Notes: generated from the letters alone by a model not told the origin. A DNA stretch of 64,000 bases from an uncultured delta proteobacterium (GCA_963736855.1 CAVTQK010000009.1:512001-576000), one strand, 5' to 3'; counted from the first letter of the stretch, positions 21,705-35,691 are shown. Made by a program: numbers and translations.

Positions 21705-22772
21705 ATGCAGCTCATCATCAACAAGACAAAACAACCGAAAACCCATCCGGATGAATCAAAGCTGGGGTTCGGAATCCATTTCACGGACCATATGTTCGTG
21801 ATGGACTACCATCCGGATAAAGGGTGGCATACACCCCGCATCGAACCCTACGGCCCCCTCGCCATGGATCCGGCAACGATGGTGCTGCATTACGGTCAGG
21901 GTATTTTCGAAGGACTCAAAGCCTATCGGACGGACTCCGGAAAGATCCATCTGTTCCGGCCCGGGGAAAATTTCAGACGACTCAATCGTTCGGCACAATT
22001 GCTGTGCATCCCCCTCATCGACGAAGCGTTCGCCTTAAACGCCCTCAAAGAACTCCTGATATTGGAGAAGGATTGGGTACCCAATAAACCGGAAACCTCC
22101 CTTTACATCCGACCCACGATCTATGCCTCGGATCCGTTTTTAGGCGTCCGGGCATCCCACACCTACCGATTTTTTATCATCTTATCTCCGGTAGGCGCCT
22201 ATTATGCCGAAGGATTTAATCCGGTGAAAATTTGGGTCACCGAAGACCATGTGCGTGCCGTCCCCGGGGGTGTCGGTGAGGCCAAGACCATCGGAAACTA
22301 TGCGGCCAGCCTCCTTGCCGGCCATGAAGCTCATCAAGCGGGATATACACAGGTACTGTGGCTCGACGGCATCGAACGAAAATATATCGAAGAGGTGGGC
22401 GCTATGAACATCTTCTTCGTCATTGACGGAAAAGTCGTCACCCCCGCACTTTCCGGAACCATCCTCCCCGGAATTACCCGAGATTCTGTGATTCGTCTGG
22501 CCAAGATGTGGAACGTGCCCGTCGAGGAACGAAAAATCTCCATCGACGAAATCCTTGCAAGCCATGCTTCCGGGGGCCTTGCGGAAATCTTTGGATCCGG
22601 TACGGCGGCGGTCATCTCTCCGGTAGGAGAAATCCGGTACGGTAAAACGGTCATCACCGTCGGTGAAGGCAAAGTCGGCCCTGTGGCCCGTCGACTTTAT
22701 AAGGCATTGACTGATATCCAATACGGACGGGAAGAAGGTCCCAAAGGATGGATCGAACCGGTCATCGGATAA
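21705..22772 (+). CDS. ilvE: Branched-chain amino acid aminotransferase
   Basis: LGFG..FTDHM, LHYGQGIFEGLKAY, AKT.GNY, EEVGAMNIF, LPGITRDS; AGGAGG RBS. Confidence 0.95.
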   Translation: MQLIINKTKQPKTHPDESKLGFGIHFTDHMFVMDYHPDKGWHTPRIEPYGPLAMDPATMVLHYGQGIFEGLKAYRTDSGKIHLFRPGENFRRLNRSAQLLCIPLIDEAFALNALKELLILEKDWVPNKPETSLYIRPTIYASDPFLGVRASHTYRFFIILSPVGAYYAEGFNPVKIWVTEDHVRAVPGGVGEAKTIGNYAASLLAGHEAHQAGYTQVLWLDGIERKYIEEVGAMNIFFVIDGKVVTPALSGTILPGITRDSVIRLAKMWNVPVEERKISIDEILASHASGGLAEIFGSGTAAVISPVGEIRYGKTVITVGEGKVGPVARRLYKALTDIQYGREEGPKGWIEPVIG

Positions 22773-22787
22773 AAGGAACTCCGTAGC

Positions 22788-24185
22788 ATGGCAAGCCCCG
22801 ACGCCCGCCTGTTGTATCTACCGGTTCTGGCTGAAAAGATGCGGGCCGAAGGACTTCCACAGATCGCCATCAATACGTTTTCCCAGTATTACAAACAGGT
22901 AGTCTCCGGTGAAACCGGACTGATCTGCGACACCGAGATACGACCAGTCCACCCGCCCGAAATCAAGGACGCTAAAAACCTCTCCGCTTTTGCCGCATCC
23001 GGAAAAAAGGCTTTTCCCAAGGCAGTTCGAATCGTCTTAAATGGCGGACTGGGGACCAGCATGGGGCTTTCCACCACCAAGTCCCTGCTCTGGGTTAAAA
23101 ACGGCATGTCCTTTCTCGAGATCATTTTTAAACAGGCCGAACAGCAAAACGTCCTCTTGGCCATGATGAACTCCTTCAGCACCGATCGGCAAACCCGGGA
23201 GGCGATCTCGGCGATGCGTACTGCTGTTCGTCCGCTGATTTTTCTCCAGCACCAATTCCCGAAAATCCTTAAAGAAACCCTGGGGCCGGTATCATGGCCG
23301 AAAAATTCGGCCCTGGAATGGAATCCCCCTGGACACGGAGATGTCTATACGGCCCTTTGGGCTTCGGGATCCCTCGATCAACTGTTAAAAAACGGTATCG
23401 AATATGCCTTTATCTCGAATTCAGACAACCTAGGAGCTGTTCTTGATGCATCGCTGCTTGGATATTTCGCGGAAAACGGCTTCCCTTTCATGATGGAGGT
23501 AGCAGAAAGAACGCCTTCGGATATCAAAGGGGGGCATCTTGCCATTCGAAAAAAAGATGGTCAATTCATCCTCAGGGAGGCAGCACAGTGCCCTGAAGAA
23601 GAGTTGACGGCCTTCCAGGACATACAATATTATCGTTATTTCAATACGAACAACATTTGGGTGAACCTTCCATTTTTAAATATATTTCTGCAACAGGCAG
23701 CGGTCTTATCCCTTCCGCTTATCTTGAACGAAAAGACGCTCGATCCCCGGGATGAGACCAGCCCAAAAGTCTTTCAGATTGAAAGCGCCATGGGGGCAGC
23801 GGTTTCTATCTTTAAGGGGGCATCTGCCGTTTTGGTGCAAAAATCCCGTATGGTTCCAGTGAAAAAATGCGGCGATCTTCTCCTTATCCGATCCGATCGT
23901 TACCTCCTTACGGAAGATGCCCGGATTGTGTCCAATCCCGACTGTAAAACGGATAGGATTACGATCGCTCTGGACCCACGATATTACGGAAAAATCGATG
24001 ATTTTGAGTCCCGCTTTAAAATCGGGATCCCTTCCTTATTAGAATGCGAATCCCTCACGATCCGGGGGGATGTGCGATTTGAAGAGAATGTTAAAATTGC
24101 TGGTAGCGTGGTGATTGAAAATCGGAAATCCGTGCAAGCCACCGTAAAAACCGGTTCAGTGGTGAGCCACGATCTGTTTTTTTAA
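22788..24185 (+). CDS. UTP--glucose-1-phosphate uridylyltransferase, eukaryote-type UDPGP family
   Basis: LNGGLGTSMG..KS, WNPPGHGD, SNSDNLGA, KGG, FNTNN, PVKKC.DL. Confidence 0.9.
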   Translation: MASPDARLLYLPVLAEKMRAEGLPQIAINTFSQYYKQVVSGETGLICDTEIRPVHPPEIKDAKNLSAFAASGKKAFPKAVRIVLNGGLGTSMGLSTTKSLLWVKNGMSFLEIIFKQAEQQNVLLAMMNSFSTDRQTREAISAMRTAVRPLIFLQHQFPKILKETLGPVSWPKNSALEWNPPGHGDVYTALWASGSLDQLLKNGIEYAFISNSDNLGAVLDASLLGYFAENGFPFMMEVAERTPSDIKGGHLAIRKKDGQFILREAAQCPEEELTAFQDIQYYRYFNTNNIWVNLPFLNIFLQQAAVLSLPLILNEKTLDPRDETSPKVFQIESAMGAAVSIFKGASAVLVQKSRMVPVKKCGDLLLIRSDRYLLTEDARIVSNPDCKTDRITIALDPRYYGKIDDFESRFKIGIPSLLECESLTIRGDVRFEENVKIAGSVVIENRKSVQATVKTGSVVSHDLFF

Positions 24186-24202
24186 AATCCGCATCTATTC
24201 TT

Positions 24203-24790
24203 CTATCCTTCCCGATATCGTCTGTAATAATACATAACCTTTTCCACATAGGTTTCGGTTTCCTGAAACGGCGGGATGCCGCGATGCCGGTCCACCATCT
24301 CAGCCCCGGCGTTATAAGCCGCAAGAGCCATCATGATGTTTCCTTCGAAACGATCGAGCAGGGACCTGAACAACTGGGTTCCGGCCAGTATGTTTTCCTT
24401 TGGATTGAAGGGATTCTTGAGCTCGAGTCTGCGGCAGTTTTCCGGCATGATCTGCATAAGCCCTTGGGCGCCTTTCCGGGATACCGCCCAGGGATTAAAA
24501 TCCGACTCCACTTTAATGATGGCTTTAACCAACTCCAATTCAACACCATGTTTTTCAGAAGCCTCCCGGATGTACGCATCATAGACAACTACATCCGATT
24601 TTTGAGTATCCGCCCCCCTTTCCCGGATATAAACCGTATACCCGGGTTTAGTGGGCACATTTGTAAAGTGAATCACCCCGTTTTCATCGACAGAGCGGTA
24701 AATGTCGGCCCAAACAGGGGATATGGCGATTCCACCTAAAAAAAGCGAAACCGACCCTAAAAGAATCAGTTTACCTGTTCTTCGATCCAT
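24203..24790 (-). CDS. Lytic transglycosylase (SLT domain, DUF4124 N-terminus)
   Basis: VESDFNPWAVSRKGAQGLMQIMP, ALAAYNAG; G..HFTNVP. Confidence 0.92.
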   Translation of the reverse strand: MDRRTGKLILLGSVSLFLGGIAISPVWADIYRSVDENGVIHFTNVPTKPGYTVYIRERGADTQKSDVVVYDAYIREASEKHGVELELVKAIIKVESDFNPWAVSRKGAQGLMQIMPENCRRLELKNPFNPKENILAGTQLFRSLLDRFEGNIMMALAAYNAGAEMVDRHRGIPPFQETETYVEKVMYYYRRYREG

Positions 24791-25080
24791 TGCAAAAACG
24801 GCGGATACCCTTCAGTAATTGCAAAACTGATGATACAGGGACACTCATAGCTATGCATGTTTTTCACCTTTTCGATCAATTGCTGAACCTTCTTTTGTGT
24901 CGTTTTGGCGATCAGCACCGTCTCCCTGTCGTTTTGTAGTCTGTTTTCCCAATAATAAATCGAATGCATGTTTTCGATGATGTTCACACACGCCGCAAGC
25001 CTTGACTCCACCAACGCTTTGCCTATGGCTTGTGCCTCCTCGGGATTTCCCACTGTAATATATACCCATCTCAATTCCAT
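24766..25080 (-). CDS. cutA: Divalent-cation tolerance protein CutA
   Basis: LVESRLAACVN, SIYYWE, HSYECPCI. Confidence 0.93.
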   Translation of the reverse strand: MELRWVYITVGNPEEAQAIGKALVESRLAACVNIIENMHSIYYWENRLQNDRETVLIAKTTQKKVQQLIEKVKNMHSYECPCIISFAITEGYPPFLQWIEEQVN

Positions 25081-25091
25081 TCACAGGCTCC

Positions 25092-28000
25092 TTACTGAAA
25101 CAACGGCATTTGTATATGCCCGCGCTTTGATTTTATCTTTTTCTTTTGCACCTCATATTGTATCAGATTTTTATGAATATCCAATATAAACGGGGAAAGC
25201 TGTCGTTTGCGGGCCTGACCGAAAAGGGTGCGCTTTTGGGCCCATGTGAGAAAAAGTCCTTCCTTGGCACGGGTGACACCCACATAAAATAACCGTCTTT
25301 CTTCTTCCATGTCACCTGCTTCTGTCTTGGAGCGTTCATGGGGAATCAGATCGTCTTCGCAGCCGGCGATAAAAACAATGGGAAATTCCAGCCCCTTGGC
25401 TGCGTGCAGGGTTAGTAAAGACACCCGCTGGGCGCGTTCATTAAAGATATCTGTATCCCCTGAAAGAGCAACCGCATCCAAAAAACGATCGACATCCGTC
25501 ACATGCTCTTGGGCAAGCCCCAGAAGTTTTCCGTAAGACTCGTCGATATTTTTTCCCGATTCTCTTTTCCATGTGTGTCCATACGCATCGAAAAGAAAAG
25601 TGATTTGTTGGGATACGGTTAAACCTGAAATGTTCTGCCGAATCTCTTGAATTTTCCGATATCCGCTCAAAAAAGGTTCTCTCGGCGTTAAAGGGTTGTC
25701 ATTCAATGATCCTTGCTGAAGTCTATCCAGAGCCTGTTGAACTGAAAAACCATTTTTCAAACACCAGGTTTTGAACCGCAAAAGATCCTTTTTTCCGATT
25801 CGGACACCTGCGAATGAAAACGCCCGATTAAGATCCCCGAAGGTGGCCTGCTTATAGGCCAACTTCAAAAGAGAGCAGATGCCGACAACCGGTTTGGTAA
25901 AAAATGCCTTTTTTCTAACAAACTGATACGGAATGCCGACATTATCTAATGCTTCGGCAATGCGGACTCCCTGTTGTTTTATTCGAAACAGTACAGCAAC
26001 ATCCGAAAAGCCCCGAAGGGCTTCTTCACCTGTCTTGACGGTTTTCCCGGAATCGACGAAAAAGAATCCGGTTCCTCCTACCATCGCTTCAATCGATCTT
26101 GCAATCCCCTCAGCTTCCTGCTTTTCATTCGGATATTCGCTCAGTTCAATCTTCGTCGTTTTTCCCGCTTTAGTAAAACCTTGATCTCTGCGCGGAGTGG
26201 TTGAGCTTTTATAGATGATCTGTTTCGATGCATCCAAGACGGTTTGTGTGCAACGATAATTGGCAACAAGCCGAATCTGTTTTGCTCCGGGATAATCTAA
26301 AACAAATCGATTGAAAAATCTGACATCCGAGCCTCTGAAACCATAGATGGCTTGATTCGGATCTCCAATGGCAAAAAGATCCCTGGAGAAATCCGTCTTC
26401 GGATACAGCATCCGGATCAGACGATATTGGGCATAATTGATGTCCTGGTATTCATCGATGAAAAGATGTGCATATCGTTGTTGATAAAAATGCAAGGTTT
26501 TTTCATCGTTTTCAAAAAGCGACACCACCTTTGAGATCAGATCCTCGTAATCCAAGAGTCGTTGAACTTTAAGGAGCTCTTCATAGGTCCGATAAATAGT
26601 CATGACCGTAAGGGGTTTTCCGTTCGCCTCTGGGTCACAAATCCGATCTTTTGGCAACGTTAATTGCTGTTTTGCCGAAACGATCCGATTCAAAACAGCG
26701 TCAGCGTTGATCCTTCCGATCTTTTCGATAGCCATGCTCATCCGGATGGCATCGGAGACCAGAAGACGGCGGTCGATTTCGTCGATCACCGTTACGGGCT
26801 TGCTCTTTCCGCTGGCCGTTTCTTTAAGTACATCCAGGCAGAAAGCATGAAAAGTCGCTACAAGGGGAGGAGCTGCGCCATTTAGAGAACGTAGGAGCCT
26901 TTCTTTCATCTCAAGCGCCGCTTTATGGGTGAATGTAATGGCCAAAATATTGGCTGCAGGAACCCCATCCGTTTGGATCCGATGAAAGATCCTTTGGGTG
27001 AGTGTATGTGTTTTCCCAGTACCCGGACCCGCAATGACGAGAACCGGCCCGACTGGGCATTGAACCGCCTGCCGTTGATCGTCGTTCAATCCCTCCGGCT
27101 TTTTAGGTGTTAGCTTGTTTTCTTTAATTCGACCCTTTTCCTTGAAAAACAGGTTCAGGGGTTCACTAATCTTTTTTGCCTTGTATTCCTCCTTGTTTGG
27201 TGTCGATTTCTCGGGTTCACTTAAGGCAAACAAGGACCTTTGACCTAAAAGCTTTCGACGCTCATGGTCGGTGAAAATTCGAATCGTTCCGAATTCACCA
27301 TCATATCCTGGCCGAATGAAAATCTCATTGTTTCTGACCCGTCTCAATGCCTCTTTAAAAAGCGGCATGTCGACACCTTCCAACGAGTTCAGGGGAACCT
27401 CATGAAGAATGGTCAACTCTGGACCGTATGTTTTGATCATTTTGTCTTGGGCTGCCGTAACCTTTTTCGAAGCAGGGCCGACTTCGAGTACTTCGGACAA
27501 TATTTCAGAAAGGGGCAAAAGCCTATAAAACGGAATCGCATCATCCGGCCTTTTTCCTTCACCCTGGTCGGCCAGTTCAGAGATTCGATGAAGCACCCCT
27601 AACGTCAGCGGCTTGCCGCATTTAGGGCATAGCCCCTGATGTTTTCGGGTTTCCTCCGGTTTGAGGCGGATTCCACATTTACGATGGCCGTCCAGATGAT
27701 ATTTCCCTTCCTCCGGGAAAAATTCAAAGGTACCTTTGAAAAGACTCCCCTTTTTATCCATAAGGGCAGACCGGATTCCGGAAAATGACAGTTCGGTATC
27801 GAACAGGTTGGCTTCCCGTGCAATTTTCTCCAGTGAATGGGCATCTGAGTTGGAAACCAGATTTAAACCCTTTAGGTTAGAAACACGCCAATTCATCTCC
27901 GGATCTGAAGAAAGACCGGTCTCAAGGGCAAATATATGGGGCGTAAGGTCCTCAAAACATTCTTCAAGGGCATCAAAACCCGACTTGGATCCGAAAATGG

Positions 28001-28511
28001 AAAACCAAGGGGTCCATATGTGGGCTGGTATCAGGAATGCCGTTTCCGAAGTCTCGAGAACGATCTCTAAAAGATCTCTGGCATCCAACCCTATGATCGG
28101 TCTTCCGTCAGACCGGACATTTCCGATCTTTTCCATCCTTTGGTTGAACCTTTCGGCACTTTGCACATCAGGTAAAAAAACTATATTGTGGTTTTTTCGA
28201 ACCTTTCCGTTTTTCTTATAAATATTGCTGATCTCACAGGATAAAATAAATTGAAGGCCATTTTGGCAAGCCGGTGGAACTTGTTGATCTGTCTGCCTTA
28301 AAATGGAGTCTTTGAGTTTAAAAAGTCCATTTTCTAAAGGATTACATTTTTCTTGGATCTCTGAAAACCAGGCAGGATGAGTAAAATCTCCTGTGGCGAT
28401 TACAGAGATCCCTTTTTTTTGAGCAGCAATATGAATATTTTCAAGATCGAGATTCTTTGCTGTTGCCCTGGAATATTTGGAGTGGATATGGAGATCCGCG
28501 ATAACTTTCAT
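25092..28511 (-). CDS. Endonuclease Q-like PHP domain fused to a UvrD/PcrA-family helicase
   Basis: ADLHIHSKYSRAT, AHIWTPW, SNSDAHS, GKYHLDGHRKC..CPKCG; AGPGTGKT, DEYQD, GDPNQAIYGFRG, TLHAAKGLEF, EERRLFYV. Confidence 0.9.
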   Translation of the reverse strand: MKVIADLHIHSKYSRATAKNLDLENIHIAAQKKGISVIATGDFTHPAWFSEIQEKCNPLENGLFKLKDSILRQTDQQVPPACQNGLQFILSCEISNIYKKNGKVRKNHNIVFLPDVQSAERFNQRMEKIGNVRSDGRPIIGLDARDLLEIVLETSETAFLIPAHIWTPWFSIFGSKSGFDALEECFEDLTPHIFALETGLSSDPEMNWRVSNLKGLNLVSNSDAHSLEKIAREANLFDTELSFSGIRSALMDKKGSLFKGTFEFFPEEGKYHLDGHRKCGIRLKPEETRKHQGLCPKCGKPLTLGVLHRISELADQGEGKRPDDAIPFYRLLPLSEILSEVLEVGPASKKVTAAQDKMIKTYGPELTILHEVPLNSLEGVDMPLFKEALRRVRNNEIFIRPGYDGEFGTIRIFTDHERRKLLGQRSLFALSEPEKSTPNKEEYKAKKISEPLNLFFKEKGRIKENKLTPKKPEGLNDDQRQAVQCPVGPVLVIAGPGTGKTHTLTQRIFHRIQTDGVPAANILAITFTHKAALEMKERLLRSLNGAAPPLVATFHAFCLDVLKETASGKSKPVTVIDEIDRRLLVSDAIRMSMAIEKIGRINADAVLNRIVSAKQQLTLPKDRICDPEANGKPLTVMTIYRTYEELLKVQRLLDYEDLISKVVSLFENDEKTLHFYQQRYAHLFIDEYQDINYAQYRLIRMLYPKTDFSRDLFAIGDPNQAIYGFRGSDVRFFNRFVLDYPGAKQIRLVANYRCTQTVLDASKQIIYKSSTTPRRDQGFTKAGKTTKIELSEYPNEKQEAEGIARSIEAMVGGTGFFFVDSGKTVKTGEEALRGFSDVAVLFRIKQQGVRIAEALDNVGIPYQFVRKKAFFTKPVVGICSLLKLAYKQATFGDLNRAFSFAGVRIGKKDLLRFKTWCLKNGFSVQQALDRLQQGSLNDNPLTPREPFLSGYRKIQEIRQNISGLTVSQQITFLFDAYGHTWKRESGKNIDESYGKLLGLAQEHVTDVDRFLDAVALSGDTDIFNERAQRVSLLTLHAAKGLEFPIVFIAGCEDDLIPHERSKTEAGDMEEERRLFYVGVTRAKEGLFLTWAQKRTLFGQARKRQLSPFILDIHKNLIQYEVQKKKIKSKRGHIQMPLFQ

Positions 28512-28962
28512 CTTCGTTCGTTTACATGAAATCGATCTTTTTTTCTAAGATTTTTTTGCCCTGGCCAAAAGACCGTAAAAATATGAGAGATCCTTTCAAG
28601 CAAAGGTGGTTCTTCGTTCAGGCTAAAAGAAATGAAAAACCCCTTGATATCTTTTCTATTTCGGTATATATGCTATCATCATTTTAAACAAATACCATAT
28701 ATAGTGTCTTTTTATTTTTATTCCCTCGGCTTGATGAAGAACCGTTTACATCGTGTAGAAACCCTGTCAATTTCAAGGTGGTTTTTGAACACTTAAAATA
28801 TCGATATTGATAACTGAGAATAAATTTACATGGAATCAACAATTTCATATTGGTTCATTTATCGATAATTAGTTGTTAAATGAATGGGTTGGAATTATAA
28901 TATCTATTTTAACACGGCATTATTAAATTCTTTCTTAAATATAATATAAAAAGGAAAGAGCC
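28512..28962. other. Candidate replication origin / divergent promoter region upstream of dnaN
   Basis: 450-bp strongly AT-rich intergenic region; only degenerate DnaA-box-like 9-mers; AT/NAN-triplet tract just before the dnaN RBS. Confidence 0.4.
28692..28707. promoter_or_regulatory. Putative NrdR box
   Basis: ataccatatatagtgt versus consensus acaCwAtATaTwGtgt. Confidence 0.6.
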
Positions 28963-32510
<3,548 letters not shown>

Positions 32511-32564
32511 TTCATCTTCCGGCAGGATTGTGACACCCCCTTTTTGAAAAGGATATTAAACCCC

Positions 32565-33356
32565 ATGAAGATCCATCAGATACAGGCCAGAGATCTCCCG
32601 GATTTATGGTTCCAGGCCGTTCACGACATACTGGATGTCGGTCGACGATTTCAAATAGATCGGGGATCGTATGCCGGTCAGACTCGTCTGGAATACGACT
32701 ATTTCATTGGTCATGTGAAATATCCCGGGACACAACCCTTGATTCCCGATATTCCACCCTCCTGCGGAATTCCAAATCCAGTGGAACACGATTATATTTA
32801 TGGTGGACCGGGTTATGATCGGGCTTATATTGAATATCTCATGTCTCCCAGGAGAGAACATGGTGAATCGTACACCTATGGAGAACGTTTGACCCGAGTG
32901 CCCATAACCGGAGAAAAATTAGCATGGTGGAAAGACAACCGAACCGAAATCGTCGATAAAAGAAACATCGACGGCAGGATCGTATTTACGGAAGGGAAAT
33001 CTTTATATTTCAACCAAATCGAGTGGGTGATCGACACTTACCGGCGTTTCGGAGAAAGAAACAATCAACTGGTCCTTCAAGTCGCACACCCTTCGGATCA
33101 TACGCTGCTGGATCCTCCCTGTTTAAGACACATCGACACGCGGATTCAGGACGGTACCCTCTATTTCTTTGTGTATTTCCGATCCTGGGACCTGTGGAAC
33201 GGGCTTCCGGCCAATATGGCTGCCATCCAGAACCTCAAGGAATATATGGCCGCGGAAATCGGCGTCAAAGACGGAGAAATAATCATCGAAAGCAAGGGGT
33301 TGCACCTTTACGGCTATGCGGAAGAACTGGCCAGGCTCCGGTGTTTAAGGACTTAA
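32565..33356 (+). CDS. thyA: Thymidylate synthase, ThyA-like (archaeal-type short form)
   Basis: YTYGERL, DPPCL catalytic Cys, FRSWD..GLPAN, GLHLY. Confidence 0.75.
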   Translation: MKIHQIQARDLPDLWFQAVHDILDVGRRFQIDRGSYAGQTRLEYDYFIGHVKYPGTQPLIPDIPPSCGIPNPVEHDYIYGGPGYDRAYIEYLMSPRREHGESYTYGERLTRVPITGEKLAWWKDNRTEIVDKRNIDGRIVFTEGKSLYFNQIEWVIDTYRRFGERNNQLVLQVAHPSDHTLLDPPCLRHIDTRIQDGTLYFFVYFRSWDLWNGLPANMAAIQNLKEYMAAEIGVKDGEIIIESKGLHLYGYAEELARLRCLRT

Positions 33357-33531
33357 TAGCTTCCCGTTTTCAAAACCTACGGTACTCGAAGAAGATCAGC
33401 CAAAGGCAAACAGGTCGATCGATGTGTTTGGAAAGGTGGACGGTGATTATCGATGGTTTGAAGGAATCCAAAGCGGCACCAACATTCGCATCGAACCCAT
33501 CAATACACAGACCGTGTGGTTATGATACCCC

Positions 33532-35407
33532 GTGAAACCTGAAATACACGGGCCATTCGGTGTGGTCCTCATCTCCGCCCCGTGGCCTCTTTACAATCGG
33601 CCGTCCATTCAGATCGGAACCCTTAAGGGTTACCTCAGATCCAGATTTCCGGATCTTTCGATACATGCCAACCATGCATACCTTCAAGTCGCTGAATCCA
33701 GTCGGATATCCGGTTTATCAGGCCATTTCAGAGCGGACATGGTTGGCAGAAGCCGTTTACGCCGCTCTGCTCTTTCCTGAAAAGAAAACCGAGGCTAATT
33801 GCCTTTTCCAACGTCACGCATCGGAAAAAACGGTTTTCAAGAAGATCGATTTTTTCAAACTCGTTGAAGAGGTCGGAACGATCACGGAAAAAATCCTTTC
33901 CGGTATTTCCTTTCAAGAATTTCATCTGGCCGGAATCTCCGTCTGTCTGTGCCAGCTCAGTGCATCTTTGTATTTTGCCCGACACATTAAAAGACAGGCG
34001 CCCAAGATCCGGATCGTCTTGGGGGGCTCATCTCTATCGGGTCTTTGCGGAGCGCCTCTTTTTCGCTTTTTTCCCGAGATCGATTTCCTGGTCCACGGAG
34101 AAGGGGAGTTGCCCCTGAGTCACATCGTAGAACGCCTGATTCAAAGCAGAGAAGGACATCAACCCGTGCCTCCCATCAAGGGGGTATTTCAAAGGGAGAG
34201 GTTAAAACCAACTGAGGAGGTCGTGCTCGATCAAATTCCGAACCTGAGGAGCCTCCCGTCGCCGGACTATGACGACTATTTTGCGCTTCTCAAAGCGCTG
34301 CCCCCACAAAACCGCTTTTTCCCGACACTTCCCATTGAGGCTTCCCGGGGATGCTGGTGGCACCGGAAAACAATCAGTTCCCATAGCCGGCGAAAAGGGT
34401 GTGCGTTTTGCAATTTGAACCTCCAGTGGCGCGGATATCGATGCAAGGACCCAGGCCAGGTCGCAAAGGAGGTGGATCATCTCACTCGAAAGCACCGGGT
34501 CCTTTCTGTGGCTTTGACCGACAACATCATTCCTCCGAGACTCTCCGAGACTCTCTTTGAGGAACTGGCAGCACAGGGAAAGGATTATCACCTCTTTTGC
34601 GAACTCCGTGCTGACACGCCGAAAGATCTTTTAGAGAGGATGCAAAGGGCCGGTGTCAAAGAAGTGCAAATCGGGATCGAAGCACTGAGCACCCCGTTGC
34701 TTAACAGGTTGAACAAGGGAACCACCGCCCTTCAAAACCTGGAGATCATGAAACACTGCGAGGGGTTGGGCATGATCAACATTTCCAACCTGATCCTGTA
34801 TTTTCCTGGAAGCGATGCGGCGGATGTTGAAGAGACGCTCCGACTCTTGGAATTTGCCAAGCCTTTTCGACCGTTGCGCACGATTTCTTTCTGGCTGGGG
34901 AGGGGAAGTCCGGTTTGGGAGGATCCGGCCTCCTTCAGTATTCACGGGGTTTATAATCATCCCGACTACCAGAGATTATTTCCAAAGGCGATGGCAAAAG
35001 AAATCCCCATGATGGTACAGGCCTATCGAGGAGATCGAACTCATCAAAAGCGGTTATGGCGCCCTGTTAAAGAGAGCGTCAAAAAATGGAAAAAAGAGTA
35101 TATGCGCCTTCATGAGGGTTCGGAGAAGGATCCGATACTAAGTTTTTCAGACGGCGGGAAATTCTTGATCATTCGGCAACGTCGACCCGGTGTGTCGCCC
35201 TTGAATCATCGGTTGGAGGGCAGGTCCAGAGAAATTTATCTCTATTGTGATTCCGTGCGCAGCATTCAAGAAATTCTCATGCATTTTGAAGGGCTCTCAA
35301 AGGAAAAGGTGATCCCTTTCTTAGAGTTGATGGTAGAAAAACGATTGATGGCCAATGAAGGTGGCCGGTATCTCAGCCTGGCGATTTCAGAACGGATACG
35401 TCGTTGA
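33532..35407 (+). CDS. B12-binding radical SAM protein, RiPP maturation C-methyltransferase-like (TIGR03975-like); one frameshift near 33700
   Basis: PW..YNRPSIQIGTLK, GEGE, PDYDDYF, SRGCWW..CAFCNLN, QIGIEALS. Confidence 0.8.
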
Positions 35408-35429
35408 TTTTTTTAAAAGCGACAATCTT

Positions 35430-35620
35430 GATGGCTTCGTAAAAAGATTTTGTGAGCGCCATTCAAGTCTTTTCGGAAAAAGAGAGGCAAAAGGGTTGAG
35501 CGTTAAAAATCTCAAGCTGTTTGAGGAACTTATGCCGAGTTCTTGAGATTTAGCAAAACCCTTTGGATCTTCCGAAAAGACTTGCGGCGCGAGAAAAATC
35601 GACCTTTTTACGATTTCATC
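35430..35620. mobile_element. MITE-like element, type A (191 bp), 6-bp target duplication AATCTT
   Basis: Ends GATGGCTTCGTAAAAA / TTTTTACGATTTCATC; aatctt at 35424-29 and 35621-26; inverted near-copy at 50069-50258. Confidence 0.85.
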
Positions 35621-35662
35621 AATCTTGATGTGTGGTGGCCTTTCAAGATCGAACATTGATAT

Positions 35663-35691
35663 TTGACAGAAAGGGATTGCTTATTTATGAT
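35663..35691 (+). promoter_or_regulatory. Sigma70-type promoter of the CsgG-family gene
   Basis: TTGACA-17 bp-TATGAT. Confidence 0.65.
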
